Shown here: positions 33,671 through 44,082 of the stretch, in pieces
Layout of the letters: the number at the start of each line of letters is the position of its first letter
Position numbering within the stretch: the first letter of the stretch is position 1
Source: a virus
Taxonomy: Duplodnaviria; Caudoviricetes
DNA length: 61,194 bases
Direction: 5' to 3' (one strand)
IMG/VR virus record: IMGVR_UViG_3300047388_000109
Location: 1-61,194 of that record
Made by a program: the position numbers and the translations under genes
The notes under the pieces: generated by a model
The model's database searches: none
Told to the model about the DNA's origin: nothing
Seen by the model: the letters and a program-made list of their open reading frames with translations, nothing else

Positions 33671-34012
33671 TTGAAGAACACCGACATGTCGGCGTTCACG
33701 GACGGGCGCGCGCCTGACGTGGAAGCAGACGACGCAGCGGCACGCACCAACGCGCGCAACACCATTGCGTTCGGGATGGACATGGAGAACTTCATGCGCT
33801 CCGACGTCGGACGCTACCTCGATGCGTGCTCGCGTCGCGAGATCGTCGAGTTCCTTGACGAGCTGTCGAGGGTCACGCCGACCGACGCGGACGAGATTCG
33901 CAGGATTCAGATGGAGATTGCCAGCCGCCGCATGTGGGCTGACTGGCTGAGCACGGCGATCCAAGCGGGCCATGCTGCACAGGAAGTGTCGCTTGAGCGA
34001 GGCAGCATCTAA
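33671..34012 (+). CDS. hypothetical protein between portal and scaffold
   Basis: GAGGAGG RBS with TTG start. Confidence 0.7.
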   Translation: MKNTDMSAFTDGRAPDVEADDAAARTNARNTIAFGMDMENFMRSDVGRYLDACSRREIVEFLDELSRVTPTDADEIRRIQMEIASRRMWADWLSTAIQAGHAAQEVSLERGSI

Positions 34013-34033
34013 CACACGAAGGGACTACAACGA

Positions 34034-35248
34034 ATGAGTGCCACCCAGAACGCGGGCGTACAGGACGAGGGCAAGAGTCGTAGTGCGCAGGATTCAAAAG
34101 AGAGAGATGATGCCGACGCCGCGCGAGCGCGCGCCGAATTCGAGAAGGCCACCATCAAGGGCTTCGCTGACCTACCCGATGATCACCCGATGCGTCGTCG
34201 CATGGAGATGGTCGAGGACATCGAGCGCATCAACAACGCAGCGGCCGGCGTAGAGCCGGACGAAGCGGCGGTTGCCGGTGCGATTGCCAAGGCGGCCGGA
34301 GACACACCAGCGGTCGAAGCGTTCAAGGACAGGCCGGTCGACACACCTGCAAAGGTGGTGAAGCCGACAGAAGATGCAGCTCAGGCCGCGAAGCAGTTGG
34401 CCGGAGAAGATGGCATCACCGTCCTCGATCCCGCCGACCTCGCGAAGTACAACGTGCGCGTCAAGATCGACGGCGTGGAAGAAGTCGTTCCAGCCTCGAA
34501 GGTCTTGGGTACGTGGCAGAAAGGCGCGGCTGCCGATGTTCGGCTGGCCGCTGCAACGAAGGCGAAGGCCGATGCCGAGAAGGCGTTGGACGACGCCAAG
34601 AAGCAAGCGCAGCAAGCGGTCGCATCCGCTGCTACCTCGTCGGCAACGGCGGTGGCGCAGGACAAGGTTGCGACGTCAGAGGCCGCACAAGTGAAGTTCA
34701 AGGAAGCAAGTGACGCCATGTACAGTGGCGACACCGAAGCAGCAGCACGCCTCTTCGCAGAGGCGGTGGCCGTTGCGAGCACGCCGGTTGTGGATACGCG
34801 AAAGAGCGTTACCCCTGAAGACCTCGTGCAGCAGGTCACACAAGGAGTAGAGCAGCAGCTGTCGCAGAAAGGTGCATTGAAGCAACTCTTCATTGACTAC
34901 CCGCAGATCAAGGACAAGAAAGCCTTCCAGATCATCGCAGATGAATACATCGGTGCCTTCGTGGCAAACGGTGATGACATCGCGACCGCCATCGGCAAAG
35001 CCGGTGACGCGATTGGCGAAGAGTACGGGTTCGGCAAGTTCGCGCCGAAGGCCGTTGTTCCCCTTGATGCCGGGCGTCCAATCAAGACGGGCGGACCAAC
35101 CACCAGAGCGGAGAAGCTGAGTGCCAAGGAAGAGCTGGACGTAATTCAGTCTGGCAACGCGCGATCAAGTTCCACCGAATCCGAACCGCTGACTGTCTCG
35201 CAAGAGATTGACGCGATGCGGAAGACTCGGCCGGGATACATCGCGTAA
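34034..35248 (+). CDS. capsid scaffolding protein
   Basis: VKIDGVEEVV motif; helical, Ala/Glu/Lys-rich; precedes the capsid gene. Confidence 0.8.
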   Translation: MSATQNAGVQDEGKSRSAQDSKERDDADAARARAEFEKATIKGFADLPDDHPMRRRMEMVEDIERINNAAAGVEPDEAAVAGAIAKAAGDTPAVEAFKDRPVDTPAKVVKPTEDAAQAAKQLAGEDGITVLDPADLAKYNVRVKIDGVEEVVPASKVLGTWQKGAAADVRLAAATKAKADAEKALDDAKKQAQQAVASAATSSATAVAQDKVATSEAAQVKFKEASDAMYSGDTEAAARLFAEAVAVASTPVVDTRKSVTPEDLVQQVTQGVEQQLSQKGALKQLFIDYPQIKDKKAFQIIADEYIGAFVANGDDIATAIGKAGDAIGEEYGFGKFAPKAVVPLDAGRPIKTGGPTTRAEKLSAKEELDVIQSGNARSSSTESEPLTVSQEIDAMRKTRPGYIA

Positions 35249-35311
35249 CCCAACGCAACAGCGTCGCTGTCGTGTTACGCACGACATCCGACATCCAATG
35301 GAGCAACATCA

Positions 35312-36259
35312 ATGACCGGACAACTTTGGTCGACCAGCTCCCTCGGTGGATACCTCTTCAGCCCTCCGCTGTCGAAGGTGCTCCGTCACGCGGTTCAGCC
35401 GCTGGTGAAGTTCCGCCAGTTCGCTGACATCAAGGACGCGGCAACACAAGGGAAGCAAAAGGGAGATACGATGCACTGGAACGTCTTCAGTGACATCGTA
35501 ACGGCTGGTACTTCGCTCGCAGAAACGAGCACGGTGCCGGTGAGCAACTTCACCATCACGCAAGGAACGATGACCATCACGGAATACGCGAACAGCGTGC
35601 CGTACACCGGAAAGCTGGACGATCTGTCCGAGCAGCCGGTGAAGGAAATCATCTCCAAGGTCCTGAAGAATGACGCCAAGAAGGCGTTCGACAAGGCCTC
35701 GTGGACGCAGTTCGACGCAACGTACCTGCAATTCGTGGGAACGGCGACGGGCGCTGGGGTGCTGACAACGACTGGCGCATCGGCGACGACAAACACGTCG
35801 GCGCTTGACCTGTCGCAAGTCAAGCTGATCAATGACACCATGAAGGAGCGCAACATTCCTCCGTACATGGGCGATGACTACGTGTGCATCGCGCGGCCGT
35901 TGACTCTGCGTCCGCTGAAGAACGACCTCGAAGCGATCTTCCGCTACGTCGAGCCGGGCTTCCAGATGATCATCAACGGCGAAATCGGACGTTGCGAGAA
36001 CACCCGCTTCGTCGAGCAAACCAACATCGCGAAGGAGGTCAACCACTGGCCGACAAACACCAACGCGGCGTACTTCTTCGGCCAAGACACGGTCGCTGAA
36101 GGGATTGCTGTGCCGGAAGAAATGCGCGGCGCAATTCCGACGGACTACGGTCGGTCGCGTGGTATCGCGTGGTACTACCTCGGCGGTTTCGGCATCACGC
36201 AGGGGTACTCCGCAGCGACGTCTGCCAACGCTCGCATCCTGAAGTGGGCATCGGCGTAA
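35312..36259 (+). CDS. major capsid protein (HK97 fold, N4-gp56/P22-coat-like)
   Basis: GDTMHW, TITEYANSV, NGEIG...RFVE, DYGRSRGIAWY; followed by a terminator. Confidence 0.88.
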   Translation: MTGQLWSTSSLGGYLFSPPLSKVLRHAVQPLVKFRQFADIKDAATQGKQKGDTMHWNVFSDIVTAGTSLAETSTVPVSNFTITQGTMTITEYANSVPYTGKLDDLSEQPVKEIISKVLKNDAKKAFDKASWTQFDATYLQFVGTATGAGVLTTTGASATTNTSALDLSQVKLINDTMKERNIPPYMGDDYVCIARPLTLRPLKNDLEAIFRYVEPGFQMIINGEIGRCENTRFVEQTNIAKEVNHWPTNTNAAYFFGQDTVAEGIAVPEEMRGAIPTDYGRSRGIAWYYLGGFGITQGYSAATSANARILKWASA

Positions 36260-36284
36260 GCCGGTAGTCCGCTCAATGCGCGAC

Positions 36285-36317
36285 GAGACGGGGCCTTCGG
36301 GCCCCGTTTCACATTTC
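36285..36317 (+). terminator. terminator after the capsid gene
   Basis: GAGACGGGGCC-TTCG-GGCCCCGTTTC. Confidence 0.75.
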
Positions 36318-36337
36318 TCTCGAAAGGAGAACGAGCT

Positions 36338-36697
36338 ATGGTAGCTGGAAATTACGACGATCCGGTATACGCGATCAAGCGTGAAGTGTTTGTTCCTGCC
36401 CCTGCGGCGGGAGCTGCCGGTACAACGAAGTTCGCCCTGTTTTCGGCCGCAGTCGTTTCTCGTGCGCAAGCTGTCGTAAAGACGGCGGGCACGAGCGCGA
36501 CGAGCGGTTCGTACATTCAGGTTCTCAACGGAACCACAACCCTCGGCACACTGCTCACCGGGTCGGCAACAGCCGGCACGCTGATCACGGCCACTCTGTC
36601 AGGAACGGTCCCAGCTGCGTCACAGTGCCAGATTCTTCAGGGCACGGATGCGACGGGAGTGGTCTACGGCGTGACTGTCGAGTACCAAGACGCATAA
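36338..36697 (+). CDS. putative capsid decoration/cement protein
   Basis: AAGGAG RBS; small Ala/Thr/Gly-rich beta protein after the capsid gene. Confidence 0.65.
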   Translation: MVAGNYDDPVYAIKREVFVPAPAAGAAGTTKFALFSAAVVSRAQAVVKTAGTSATSGSYIQVLNGTTTLGTLLTGSATAGTLITATLSGTVPAASQCQILQGTDATGVVYGVTVEYQDA

Positions 36698-36709
36698 GGG
36701 AAATCAGAC

Positions 36710-37042
36710 ATGTCCGACGACCTGCGTTACATCACGCTTCCCGATCCACCGCTGGGGACAGAGAACGAAGCCAGCGAAGGCCGGGAGGATGTGGTCGGCA
36801 AGAATGGCGTGTGGCCGGAAACGGCGCTCGACCTCAACACGTCAGCAAACCTGCCGGAAGCGCCCGTCGCAACGGGCATGTCTCCCGACAGCCTCGCAGG
36901 TGTGACTCGTTCCGCCCTCTCGGACGGATTCGAAGTCGTGCCCGAAACAGAAACAATGCTGAGCATCATACGGATCGACTCGCCTGCGGACACCATTTCG
37001 CCGGGCGCACGTCCTGAAGTGTGCGTCTCACGCAAATACTAA
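36710..37042 (+). CDS. hypothetical acidic protein
   Basis: AAGGG RBS. Confidence 0.65.
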   Translation: MSDDLRYITLPDPPLGTENEASEGREDVVGKNGVWPETALDLNTSANLPEAPVATGMSPDSLAGVTRSALSDGFEVVPETETMLSIIRIDSPADTISPGARPEVCVSRKY

Positions 37043-37050
37043 GGAGCGTC

Positions 37051-37401
37051 ATGAACAACAATGGCGATTTGATCAAGGGCTTCACGGACGCCTACACAGT
37101 TCGTGGCGACACCAAGGGGTTTGCCGGCAGCGAGAATAGCTCGCCGATGGACTCCGGTGCTCCGGTCTGGCTCGAAGGAATGAGTGTGGACGCGAACGCG
37201 ACCAACTCGATGGGCGCGGTCGGCGACACGGGCAGCGACCCGATGTTCGACAAGTTCAAGCACCAAGCAACAGGCAACGCGGACCAAGTCAACCAGACCG
37301 GCAGCAACACCGCCGAAGGTGTGGCGTCGTCCTCAATGCCGAGCGGCAGCGACCCGATGTTCGAGGAAATGCCGCACGACAACTCAGTCAACAACGCGTA
37401 A
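37051..37401 (+). CDS. hypothetical protein with GSDPMF repeats
   Basis: AAGGAG RBS. Confidence 0.7.
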   Translation: MNNNGDLIKGFTDAYTVRGDTKGFAGSENSSPMDSGAPVWLEGMSVDANATNSMGAVGDTGSDPMFDKFKHQATGNADQVNQTGSNTAEGVASSSMPSGSDPMFEEMPHDNSVNNA

Positions 37402-37428
37402 CACCGCAACAACGGAGGAGGGACCAAT

Positions 37429-37653
37429 ATGCTTGACAAGAGCAAGCCCGCTGATCTTTGCATCGGCGGCGTTCTGAGCGGCTGTCTGATGCAGGGCGGT
37501 CGCTTCTATCGCGAAGGCGTCGAAGTTGACAAGGACAACGTCCCAGTCCCCGGCGCGAAGGCACCGAAGGAACCGAAGGGCAAGAAGGTAGACAACACCG
37601 ACATGTCCGCGTTCGTAGACCCGCAGGTGGCCGCACAGCTCGGACAAAGCTGA
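37429..37653 (+). CDS. hypothetical protein
   Basis: GGAGGAGG RBS. Confidence 0.7.
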   Translation: MLDKSKPADLCIGGVLSGCLMQGGRFYREGVEVDKDNVPVPGAKAPKEPKGKKVDNTDMSAFVDPQVAAQLGQS

Positions 37654-37655
37654 CG

Positions 37656-39179
37656 ATGGCGATGCGCGTGGGAGGTAAGGGGCCAGCGCTCCTGTCGGAC
37701 GTACGCTACGACATCGTGGCGTACACGAGAGGCCGTGGGCTAGACATCGGGCGCGGTGAGTACAAGGCGTTCCCGCATTTCATCGGGGTGCGCGAGAAGG
37801 GTGACGACATCAAGGACCCTGTCGTCGCCGACTTCGAGGTGGAGTCGTTCGCAAACCTGAGCGAGTTCATCGACGGAGAGCTGAACTTCATGTTCATCTG
37901 GGGCATCGGCCCCGAGGACACGATCAAGTACGGGCTAGAACAGTCAGCCGAGAAGTTGCTCATGCCGGGCGGGTTCTACATCAACGTCTGGCAGACCGAG
38001 CCAGCAGAGAACGAGCAGCCGATCAATGCGTGCTTCCTGATGCAGATGGGAGACAACGGCAAGCTGGTCCGCTGCGATCCGAAGTTCCGGTTCGAGCCGG
38101 TCGCAATCCCTTGGCACCGCATGCCTACCGAGGGAGAGAAGACCGCGTGCGTCATCCGCTACGGCGCAATTGGCGACATGTTGCAGACGGCGTCGATCCT
38201 GCCGGTACTGAAGCGCGAGGGCTACCACGTCACCGTGAACTGCCACCCCGAGGGCGAGCTGGTGCTCCGCTACGACCCGAATATCGACAGCTTCTCGGTG
38301 CAGGACAAGGACCAAGTCCCGAACGAAGAGCTGCAAGCGTACTGGAAGAACCTCGCGACGAAGTACGACCGCGTGATCAATCTCTGCGAGTCGGTCGAGG
38401 GAGCGCTCCTGCTGCACCCGGGGCGCGCGAACCACCGCTGGCCGCACGCCATGCGCAAGAAGTATTGCAACCTGAACTACCTCGAATTCATGTCGGAGAT
38501 CGCGGAGCTGCCGTTCAATCCCGATCACCACTTTGTGCCGACCGAGGAAGAGGCGAACAAGGCTAAGGATTTCATCGCGGACATCCGCGCCAAGATGAAC
38601 GTAAAGACCCCGCCGATGACGCGCGGAGTTGAGCCTTACGTGGTGATGATTGCCCTCGCTGGGTCGTCTGTCCACAAGTTCTACCCGCACCAAGACACCG
38701 TCATCGCTGAAATTCTCCTGCGCATCCCGAACTCGCACGTTGTGCTGATCGGCGGGCCCGAGAGCGAGGTGCTTGAGGGCGGGTGGGAGTCCAATTCGCG
38801 CGTGTCTTGCCTATCTGGCAAGCTGCCGATTCGCGACTCTATCGCGTTGGCGCAGGTGTGCCAACTGGTGATCGGTCCAGAAACGGGCCTGTTGAATGCC
38901 GTTGCGTTCGAGACTAACGCCAAGATCGTTTTGCTGTCCCACTCCACCGAAGAAAACCTAACGCGCGACTGGACAAACACAGAAGCGCTCCACTCTCTCG
39001 TGACCCCGTGCTATCCATGTCACCGGCTGCACTACAACCACGACTTTTGCCCGCAGGACGAGACAACCAAAGCTGCCATGTGTCAGGTGGAGCTGCAACC
39101 GTCCGCCGTTATGGGCGCAGTGCAAAAGGCCCACGTGGGCTGGGGCACCGTACGAAACCTTCTCCAACCGCAACGCTGA
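37656..39179 (+). CDS. methyltransferase-like domain fused to glycosyltransferase family 9 (heptosyltransferase-like)
   Basis: [12 protein letters not shown]-like motif, LMPGGFY; [33 protein letters not shown]. Confidence 0.82.
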   Translation: MAMRVGGKGPALLSDVRYDIVAYTRGRGLDIGRGEYKAFPHFIGVREKGDDIKDPVVADFEVESFANLSEFIDGELNFMFIWGIGPEDTIKYGLEQSAEKLLMPGGFYINVWQTEPAENEQPINACFLMQMGDNGKLVRCDPKFRFEPVAIPWHRMPTEGEKTACVIRYGAIGDMLQTASILPVLKREGYHVTVNCHPEGELVLRYDPNIDSFSVQDKDQVPNEELQAYWKNLATKYDRVINLCESVEGALLLHPGRANHRWPHAMRKKYCNLNYLEFMSEIAELPFNPDHHFVPTEEEANKAKDFIADIRAKMNVKTPPMTRGVEPYVVMIALAGSSVHKFYPHQDTVIAEILLRIPNSHVVLIGGPESEVLEGGWESNSRVSCLSGKLPIRDSIALAQVCQLVIGPETGLLNAVAFETNAKIVLLSHSTEENLTRDWTNTEALHSLVTPCYPCHRLHYNHDFCPQDETTKAAMCQVELQPSAVMGAVQKAHVGWGTVRNLLQPQR

Positions 39180-39193
39180 TCAAGGAGCCAATT

Positions 39194-40567
39194 ATGGCGA
39201 AGCATTTCCCATTCATCGACGACGCACGGATCGACCGCGAACTCAAGGACCTGTTGAACCAAGTCCTCGACGAAGCGCCGTTCCTTACCGGGCGCGGCGA
39301 CAAGGGTGACCGAGGGCCGCAAGGCCAGCAAGGTCCCCAAGGACAGGACGGGCCTCAGGGTCCTCAGGGCGACCCCGGACCACAGGGTGACCCCGGACCG
39401 AAGGGCGACACGGGCGAGCGCGGCGACAGCGGCGCGGGAATCCCGGGAGCGACCGGACCCGAGGGGCCGCAAGGCCCAGCTGGTGCCGATAGCACCGTGC
39501 CCGGACCGAAGGGCGACCAAGGCGACGTAGGCCCAACAGGACCTGCCGGACCAGCTGGCGCGGACTCGACGGTGCCCGGACCTCAGGGTGACGTCGGACC
39601 GGTCGGTAACACAGGACCAGCCGGCCCTCCCGGGCCTCAGGGTCCTGCCGGAGCTGATGGCACAGGTGGCGGTGGCGGAACAGGCCCAGCCGGACCTCCG
39701 GGCCCAACAGGGCCGCAGGGTCCTGCCGGACCAGCCGGAGCCGACGGAGCACCGGGACCAGCGGGCGCACAAGGCAACACAGGTGACCCGGGACCCGCAG
39801 GGGCCGACTCGACCGTACCCGGACCGATGGGCGCAACAGGGCCTGCCGGAGCCGACGGAGCACCGGGACCGGCAGGCCCACAAGGCCCTGCTGGAGCCGA
39901 CTCGACAGTGCCCGGCCCAGCCGGCGCTGACGGAGCGCCCGGCCCTGCCGGAGCCGACAGCACCGTGCCCGGACCAGCGGGCCCACAAGGGGTCCAAGGA
40001 CCGGCCGGTGCCGATGGCGCACCCGGTGCCGATGGCGCACCCGGCGGACCTCCGGGCCCAGTTGGACCGCAAGGACCGGCTGGACCTCAAGGCAACCCCG
40101 GAGCTGACAGCGTCGTACCGGGACCGCAAGGACCCGCAGGCGCTGACGGAGCGGCTGGACCAGCTGGGCCCGCAGGGCCCGCAGGTGCGGACTCCGTTGT
40201 TCCCGGTCCTCAAGGCCCAGCAGGCGCTGACGGCGCTGTTGGTCCTGCCGGAGCGGCAGGCCCGCAAGGTCCTGCTGGCGCTGACTCGACCGTTGCCGGC
40301 CCAGCCGGACCGGCCGGTGCAGACGGGGCCGCAGGACCTGCTGGCCCTGCTGGTGCAGACGGCGCGGCTGGACCTGCGGGACCGGCTGGCGCTGATGGCG
40401 CGGCAGGACCTGTCGGACCAGCTGGAGCAGACGGAGCGGCAGGACCCGTTGGACCGCAAGGCCCAGCTGGCCCGGCAGCGAATGTTGCTGCGACAGTCGA
40501 CCCGGCGTCACCAACCTTCGCCGCCGACCTCGTCGCCGCGCTGAAGGCCGCCGGCCTGATGGCCTAA
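39194..40567 (+). CDS. collagen-like fibre protein
   Basis: AAGGAG RBS; about 400 aa of Gly-X-Y with GADSTVPGP interruptions. Confidence 0.9.
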   Translation: MAKHFPFIDDARIDRELKDLLNQVLDEAPFLTGRGDKGDRGPQGQQGPQGQDGPQGPQGDPGPQGDPGPKGDTGERGDSGAGIPGATGPEGPQGPAGADSTVPGPKGDQGDVGPTGPAGPAGADSTVPGPQGDVGPVGNTGPAGPPGPQGPAGADGTGGGGGTGPAGPPGPTGPQGPAGPAGADGAPGPAGAQGNTGDPGPAGADSTVPGPMGATGPAGADGAPGPAGPQGPAGADSTVPGPAGADGAPGPAGADSTVPGPAGPQGVQGPAGADGAPGADGAPGGPPGPVGPQGPAGPQGNPGADSVVPGPQGPAGADGAAGPAGPAGPAGADSVVPGPQGPAGADGAVGPAGAAGPQGPAGADSTVAGPAGPAGADGAAGPAGPAGADGAAGPAGPAGADGAAGPVGPAGADGAAGPVGPQGPAGPAANVAATVDPASPTFAADLVAALKAAGLMA

Positions 40568-40576
40568 CGCAACACG

Positions 40577-40617
40577 TCCCCCGCCTCTGAGCCTCGGCTC
40601 AAGCGGGGGATTTCTTT
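40577..40617 (+). terminator. probable terminator
   Basis: TCCCCCGC..TGAGCC/GGCTCA..GCGGGGGA plus TTTCTTT. Confidence 0.55.
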
Positions 40618-40626
40618 GGGGACATC

Positions 40627-40923
40627 ATGACCACAGCAGCCATCCAATCCCACGTCGGGATTGACAACGACATGAAGGTGTTGCTGGAGTACATCATCTC
40701 TAATCCGGGTGGCGGCTCTGCGGCATCAGTACAGACCGATCTTGACGCCGTCGAGGCGTCGGTGATCGTCGACCTTGGCAATCTTCGTACGGCCGTTATC
40801 GCCGCGCTCACCGCGCTCGACACGCTCGCCACGAAGCTGAACGCAGACGCTGGAGTTACCGACACCAACTACGCAACCAACAACGTATCGGGCAGCTCAC
40901 CAGCAGCCATTACGACAGCGTAA
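40627..40923 (+). CDS. hypothetical structural protein
   Basis: KLNADAGVTDTNY motif. Confidence 0.7.
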   Translation: MTTAAIQSHVGIDNDMKVLLEYIISNPGGGSAASVQTDLDAVEASVIVDLGNLRTAVIAALTALDTLATKLNADAGVTDTNYATNNVSGSSPAAITTA

Positions 40924-40926
40924 CGC

Positions 40927-41640
40927 ATGAGCCTTAATCTTGCTCAGCTGATCACGCTCTACCGGGAGACGGCGGACGACAACGCCACGCCGCCTTTCAT
41001 GAGCGATACCCTCGCCACCTCATACTTCAACGAGGCTCAGGTCGAGGCCGCTCGTCGGGCCCGGCTGTTCAAGGACACGACAACAACAGCAATCTGCATT
41101 AGCACCGCAACCGCCGGGCAGCAAAGCATCACGCTCGACCCGCGCGTCATCTTCGTTCGTCGAGTCAAGATCGACTCGAAGGACCTGCCGCTCTCACGAG
41201 CGCATCAGCGAGACCTTGATGCGATGCTCCCGAACTGGGACAGCATCGACTACCAAGACGTCTGCCGCTACATCCCAGACCGTGACACAGGTGCGCTGTG
41301 GTTCGACTCCAAGTTCCAAGGGACCGACACCATCCGCATGGCAGTGATCCGCGAACCTCTTGCGGACATGTCGCTCGATGTCGTAACGACAACGGGCACC
41401 GTAACCAACACGACAACCGGCACACCGCCCGAGGTGCGCCCGCGCTACCAGCGAGCACTCGTCGACTGGGTCGTGCATCGGGCACTGAACAGCCGCGACT
41501 TCGAGGAGAAGTACGACCCCGTGGGCGCGAAGAAGCATCTCGACATGTTCGAGGCCGAATTCGGCAAGAAGTCATCCGCCATCGACGAGACGTGGATCGA
41601 GCGTGAAAACCAGTACGATGAAAACGACGGAGTCTTCTGA
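40927..41640 (+). CDS. head-tail adaptor (podovirus connector-like)
   Basis: YFNEAQVEAARR, RALVDWVVHRAL, FEAEFG. Confidence 0.75.
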   Translation: MSLNLAQLITLYRETADDNATPPFMSDTLATSYFNEAQVEAARRARLFKDTTTTAICISTATAGQQSITLDPRVIFVRRVKIDSKDLPLSRAHQRDLDAMLPNWDSIDYQDVCRYIPDRDTGALWFDSKFQGTDTIRMAVIREPLADMSLDVVTTTGTVTNTTTGTPPEVRPRYQRALVDWVVHRALNSRDFEEKYDPVGAKKHLDMFEAEFGKKSSAIDETWIERENQYDENDGVF

Positions 41641-42047
41641 TGGCTAATTCGCTGTACGACATTGCGCGTCATGACTTCGCGACCGCAGCGCTCGACTGGG
41701 TGAGTATCACCACGATCAAGGTTGCCTTGGTCGACACCGGTGTGTACACCTACTCGGCGGCGCACCAATACTACTCGTCGGTCTCATCCGGCGTTGTTGG
41801 CACCCCGGTTGCGCTGACATCGCGCGCGGTGGGGGCGAGCACCGGCTGTGATGCTGACGACTCCACGTTCACCGCCGTTACCGGCGCGTCCGTTGAAGCG
41901 CTCGTCATCTACATCGACACAGGAACCGCAGGCACGAGCCGGCTGGTTGCCTACATCGACACTGCAACCGGTCTTCCGATAACCCCGAACGGTGGTGACA
42001 TCATCGTCATTTGGGATTCTGGTACCAACAGAATCTTCCGCGTGTAA
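41640..42047 (+). CDS. virion structural protein
   Basis: MANSLY...IKVALVD...LPITPNGGDI motif. Confidence 0.75.
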   Translation: MANSLYDIARHDFATAALDWVSITTIKVALVDTGVYTYSAAHQYYSSVSSGVVGTPVALTSRAVGASTGCDADDSTFTAVTGASVEALVIYIDTGTAGTSRLVAYIDTATGLPITPNGGDIIVIWDSGTNRIFRV

Positions 42048-42056
42048 AGGCCCACC

Positions 42057-42473
42057 ATGTCAAAGAACACCCAAATGACCAACCTCGCGGTGAACACCGA
42101 GGGGGACGCGCTCGCCGCGCTGATGAACTCCGGCACCATCGTCATCTACGACGGCACGCAGCCGGCGACCGGTGACACGGCGCTGTCTGGCAACAACGTA
42201 CTCGTGACGCTGACGTTCGGCGCGACCGCCTTCGGCGCGTCGTCTGCCGGCGTCATCACCGCGAACGCGATCACATCAGGCGTGGCCGGAGCGTCCGGTA
42301 CCGCGTCGTGGTTCCGCATCTTCGAGACGGGCGGATCGACCAAGGTTATGGATGGAACAGTCGGAACAGGTACGCACAACCTCGTGCTGCCTACGACAAC
42401 GATCACGTCCGGGCAGACAATCACCTGCTCGTCGTTCACCCACACCATCGCCAAGTCTACGTCGGGCAGCTAA
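42057..42473 (+). CDS. virion structural protein
   Basis: IYDGTQPA, SGTASWFRI, DGTVGT. Confidence 0.75.
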   Translation: MSKNTQMTNLAVNTEGDALAALMNSGTIVIYDGTQPATGDTALSGNNVLVTLTFGATAFGASSAGVITANAITSGVAGASGTASWFRIFETGGSTKVMDGTVGTGTHNLVLPTTTITSGQTITCSSFTHTIAKSTSGS

Positions 42474-43261
42474 TGGCTATCGCAACACTCAACGACTACA
42501 TCGGGTCGCTCAAGCAGGTCATTGCGCACTCGCGCACGACAACCCGCACGTCGGTTGCCAATGGCTGGTTCACCATCCATGACATCGCTGGCAACCCCGG
42601 CGCTGGCACGCTTGCCGTCGGCAACACGACAGCGGGGGTGGTTCCGACGGACGCAACTAACGGGTTCCCTCCTATCGGGTTTTCGTCCGGTCTCGGATAT
42701 ATCGCGACCGTCGACTTCTCGAATACGGTTGCCTCGCGCATCACACTATACGACCGCCTGTACCACATAGGAGCTGTAGCCACAACGTCGACAACAACGA
42801 CAACGTCGCCGCCGTCATACAGCGGTCGCATCCCGGGCGGCACCGACTACACTGGCACGCAACTGTGGCTCGAACAGGTGACGCTTGGGACCGGCACGCA
42901 GAACATCAACGTCACATACCTGAATCAAGCTGCCGGCACGAGCACGACTGGCGTGGTTGCTGTAGGTTCCGGTTTGACGGTTGGCCGCATGGTGCAGATT
43001 CCTCTCGCCGCTGGTGACTCTGGTATCAGCCAGATCAACATCATCGCCGCTACAACGGCCACTGGCGGTACATTCAATCTCGTTGTCACTCGTCCGCTGT
43101 GGACTGGCCGCGTCATCGTTGCGAACGCTGGCGACTCTCACGGTCTCGACCGCACAGGTTTGCCTCAGATTTGGACAACCAGCGCGCTCGCGTTGATGGT
43201 GGCGGCCGACTCATCAAGCACAGGATCACCTGACCTGACGATTGAAATAGCGAGTAACTAA
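42473..43261 (+). CDS. tail-associated protein, paralog 1 of 3
   Basis: TAATG coupling; LYDRL, PSYSGRIPGG, PLAAGDSG. Confidence 0.8.
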   Translation: MAIATLNDYIGSLKQVIAHSRTTTRTSVANGWFTIHDIAGNPGAGTLAVGNTTAGVVPTDATNGFPPIGFSSGLGYIATVDFSNTVASRITLYDRLYHIGAVATTSTTTTTSPPSYSGRIPGGTDYTGTQLWLEQVTLGTGTQNINVTYLNQAAGTSTTGVVAVGSGLTVGRMVQIPLAAGDSGISQINIIAATTATGGTFNLVVTRPLWTGRVIVANAGDSHGLDRTGLPQIWTTSALALMVAADSSSTGSPDLTIEIASN

Positions 43262-44082
43262 TGAGCATCACGACGCTGGCTGGATACGAGGCTGCGGCGA
43301 AGCAGAAGGTGTATTTCCAGAAAACAGTTTCCGGTGGCCCGGCGGCCAGATGGGTTTCTACGTGGGCCTCTGGCGCGGTCCCTGCGGCCGGCTCCTTTGC
43401 CGTCGGGAGCACGACGGTCGGCGTTGTTCCAGACAACACAACGACAGGCGCTGGCGCATTCAATGCGTACACCGGCACCGGGTACATCACCGGAGGTGAA
43501 TTCTCTGTTGCCAACGCCATATCTGGTAGCCCGAACGCCGTCAACTGTCGCCTGTTTGATCGGCTGTTCCACTGCGGAACGCACGCGTTCAATGCCGCAG
43601 ACACGCTTGGATCGCAGCCGTCTTACAGCGCTCGCGTTCCGGGCGGGGCCGACTTCACCGGTCTTCAGATTTGGATGGAGACCACGGTAGCGTTTGTCGG
43701 ACAATGCACGATTGCCGTGACGTACACCGATCAGGACGGCAACGCCGGAGCAACCACCGGCACCGTCCAACTTGCCACCGTCGGATCGCCGCCTGCCGCT
43801 GCCACAATGTTTCAACTACCGCTCGCCGCCGGCGACAGCGGTGTGCAGAAGATCGAGAGCGTGACGAGCACGGTGACGTCCGCAGGCAACTTCAACATTT
43901 TGGTGCTGAGGCCGCTGGAGAGTCTCGGGCTTTTCCCTATCGACCACAATAGCGGCGTCGTCCACGGCTTCGACAAGACGGGGTTTATCTGGGTGCCGTC
44001 AACAGCGTGCCTGATGTACGCGCACAACATCCCGTCTGGCGGCGTGATCACTGATGCTGTGTTCGAACTGGCGAGCGCGTAA
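43261..44082 (+). CDS. tail-associated protein, paralog 2 of 3
   Basis: LFDRL, PSYSARVPGG, PLAAGDSG. Confidence 0.8.
   Translation: MSITTLAGYEAAAKQKVYFQKTVSGGPAARWVSTWASGAVPAAGSFAVGSTTVGVVPDNTTTGAGAFNAYTGTGYITGGEFSVANAISGSPNAVNCRLFDRLFHCGTHAFNAADTLGSQPSYSARVPGGADFTGLQIWMETTVAFVGQCTIAVTYTDQDGNAGATTGTVQLATVGSPPAAATMFQLPLAAGDSGVQKIESVTSTVTSAGNFNILVLRPLESLGLFPIDHNSGVVHGFDKTGFIWVPSTACLMYAHNIPSGGVITDAVFELASA

Noticed and set aside
39290-40480. CRISPR-like or tandem DNA repeat array
   Set aside because: The repeats are degenerate Gly-X-Y codons of the collagen gene, with no constant repeat and unique spacer pattern.
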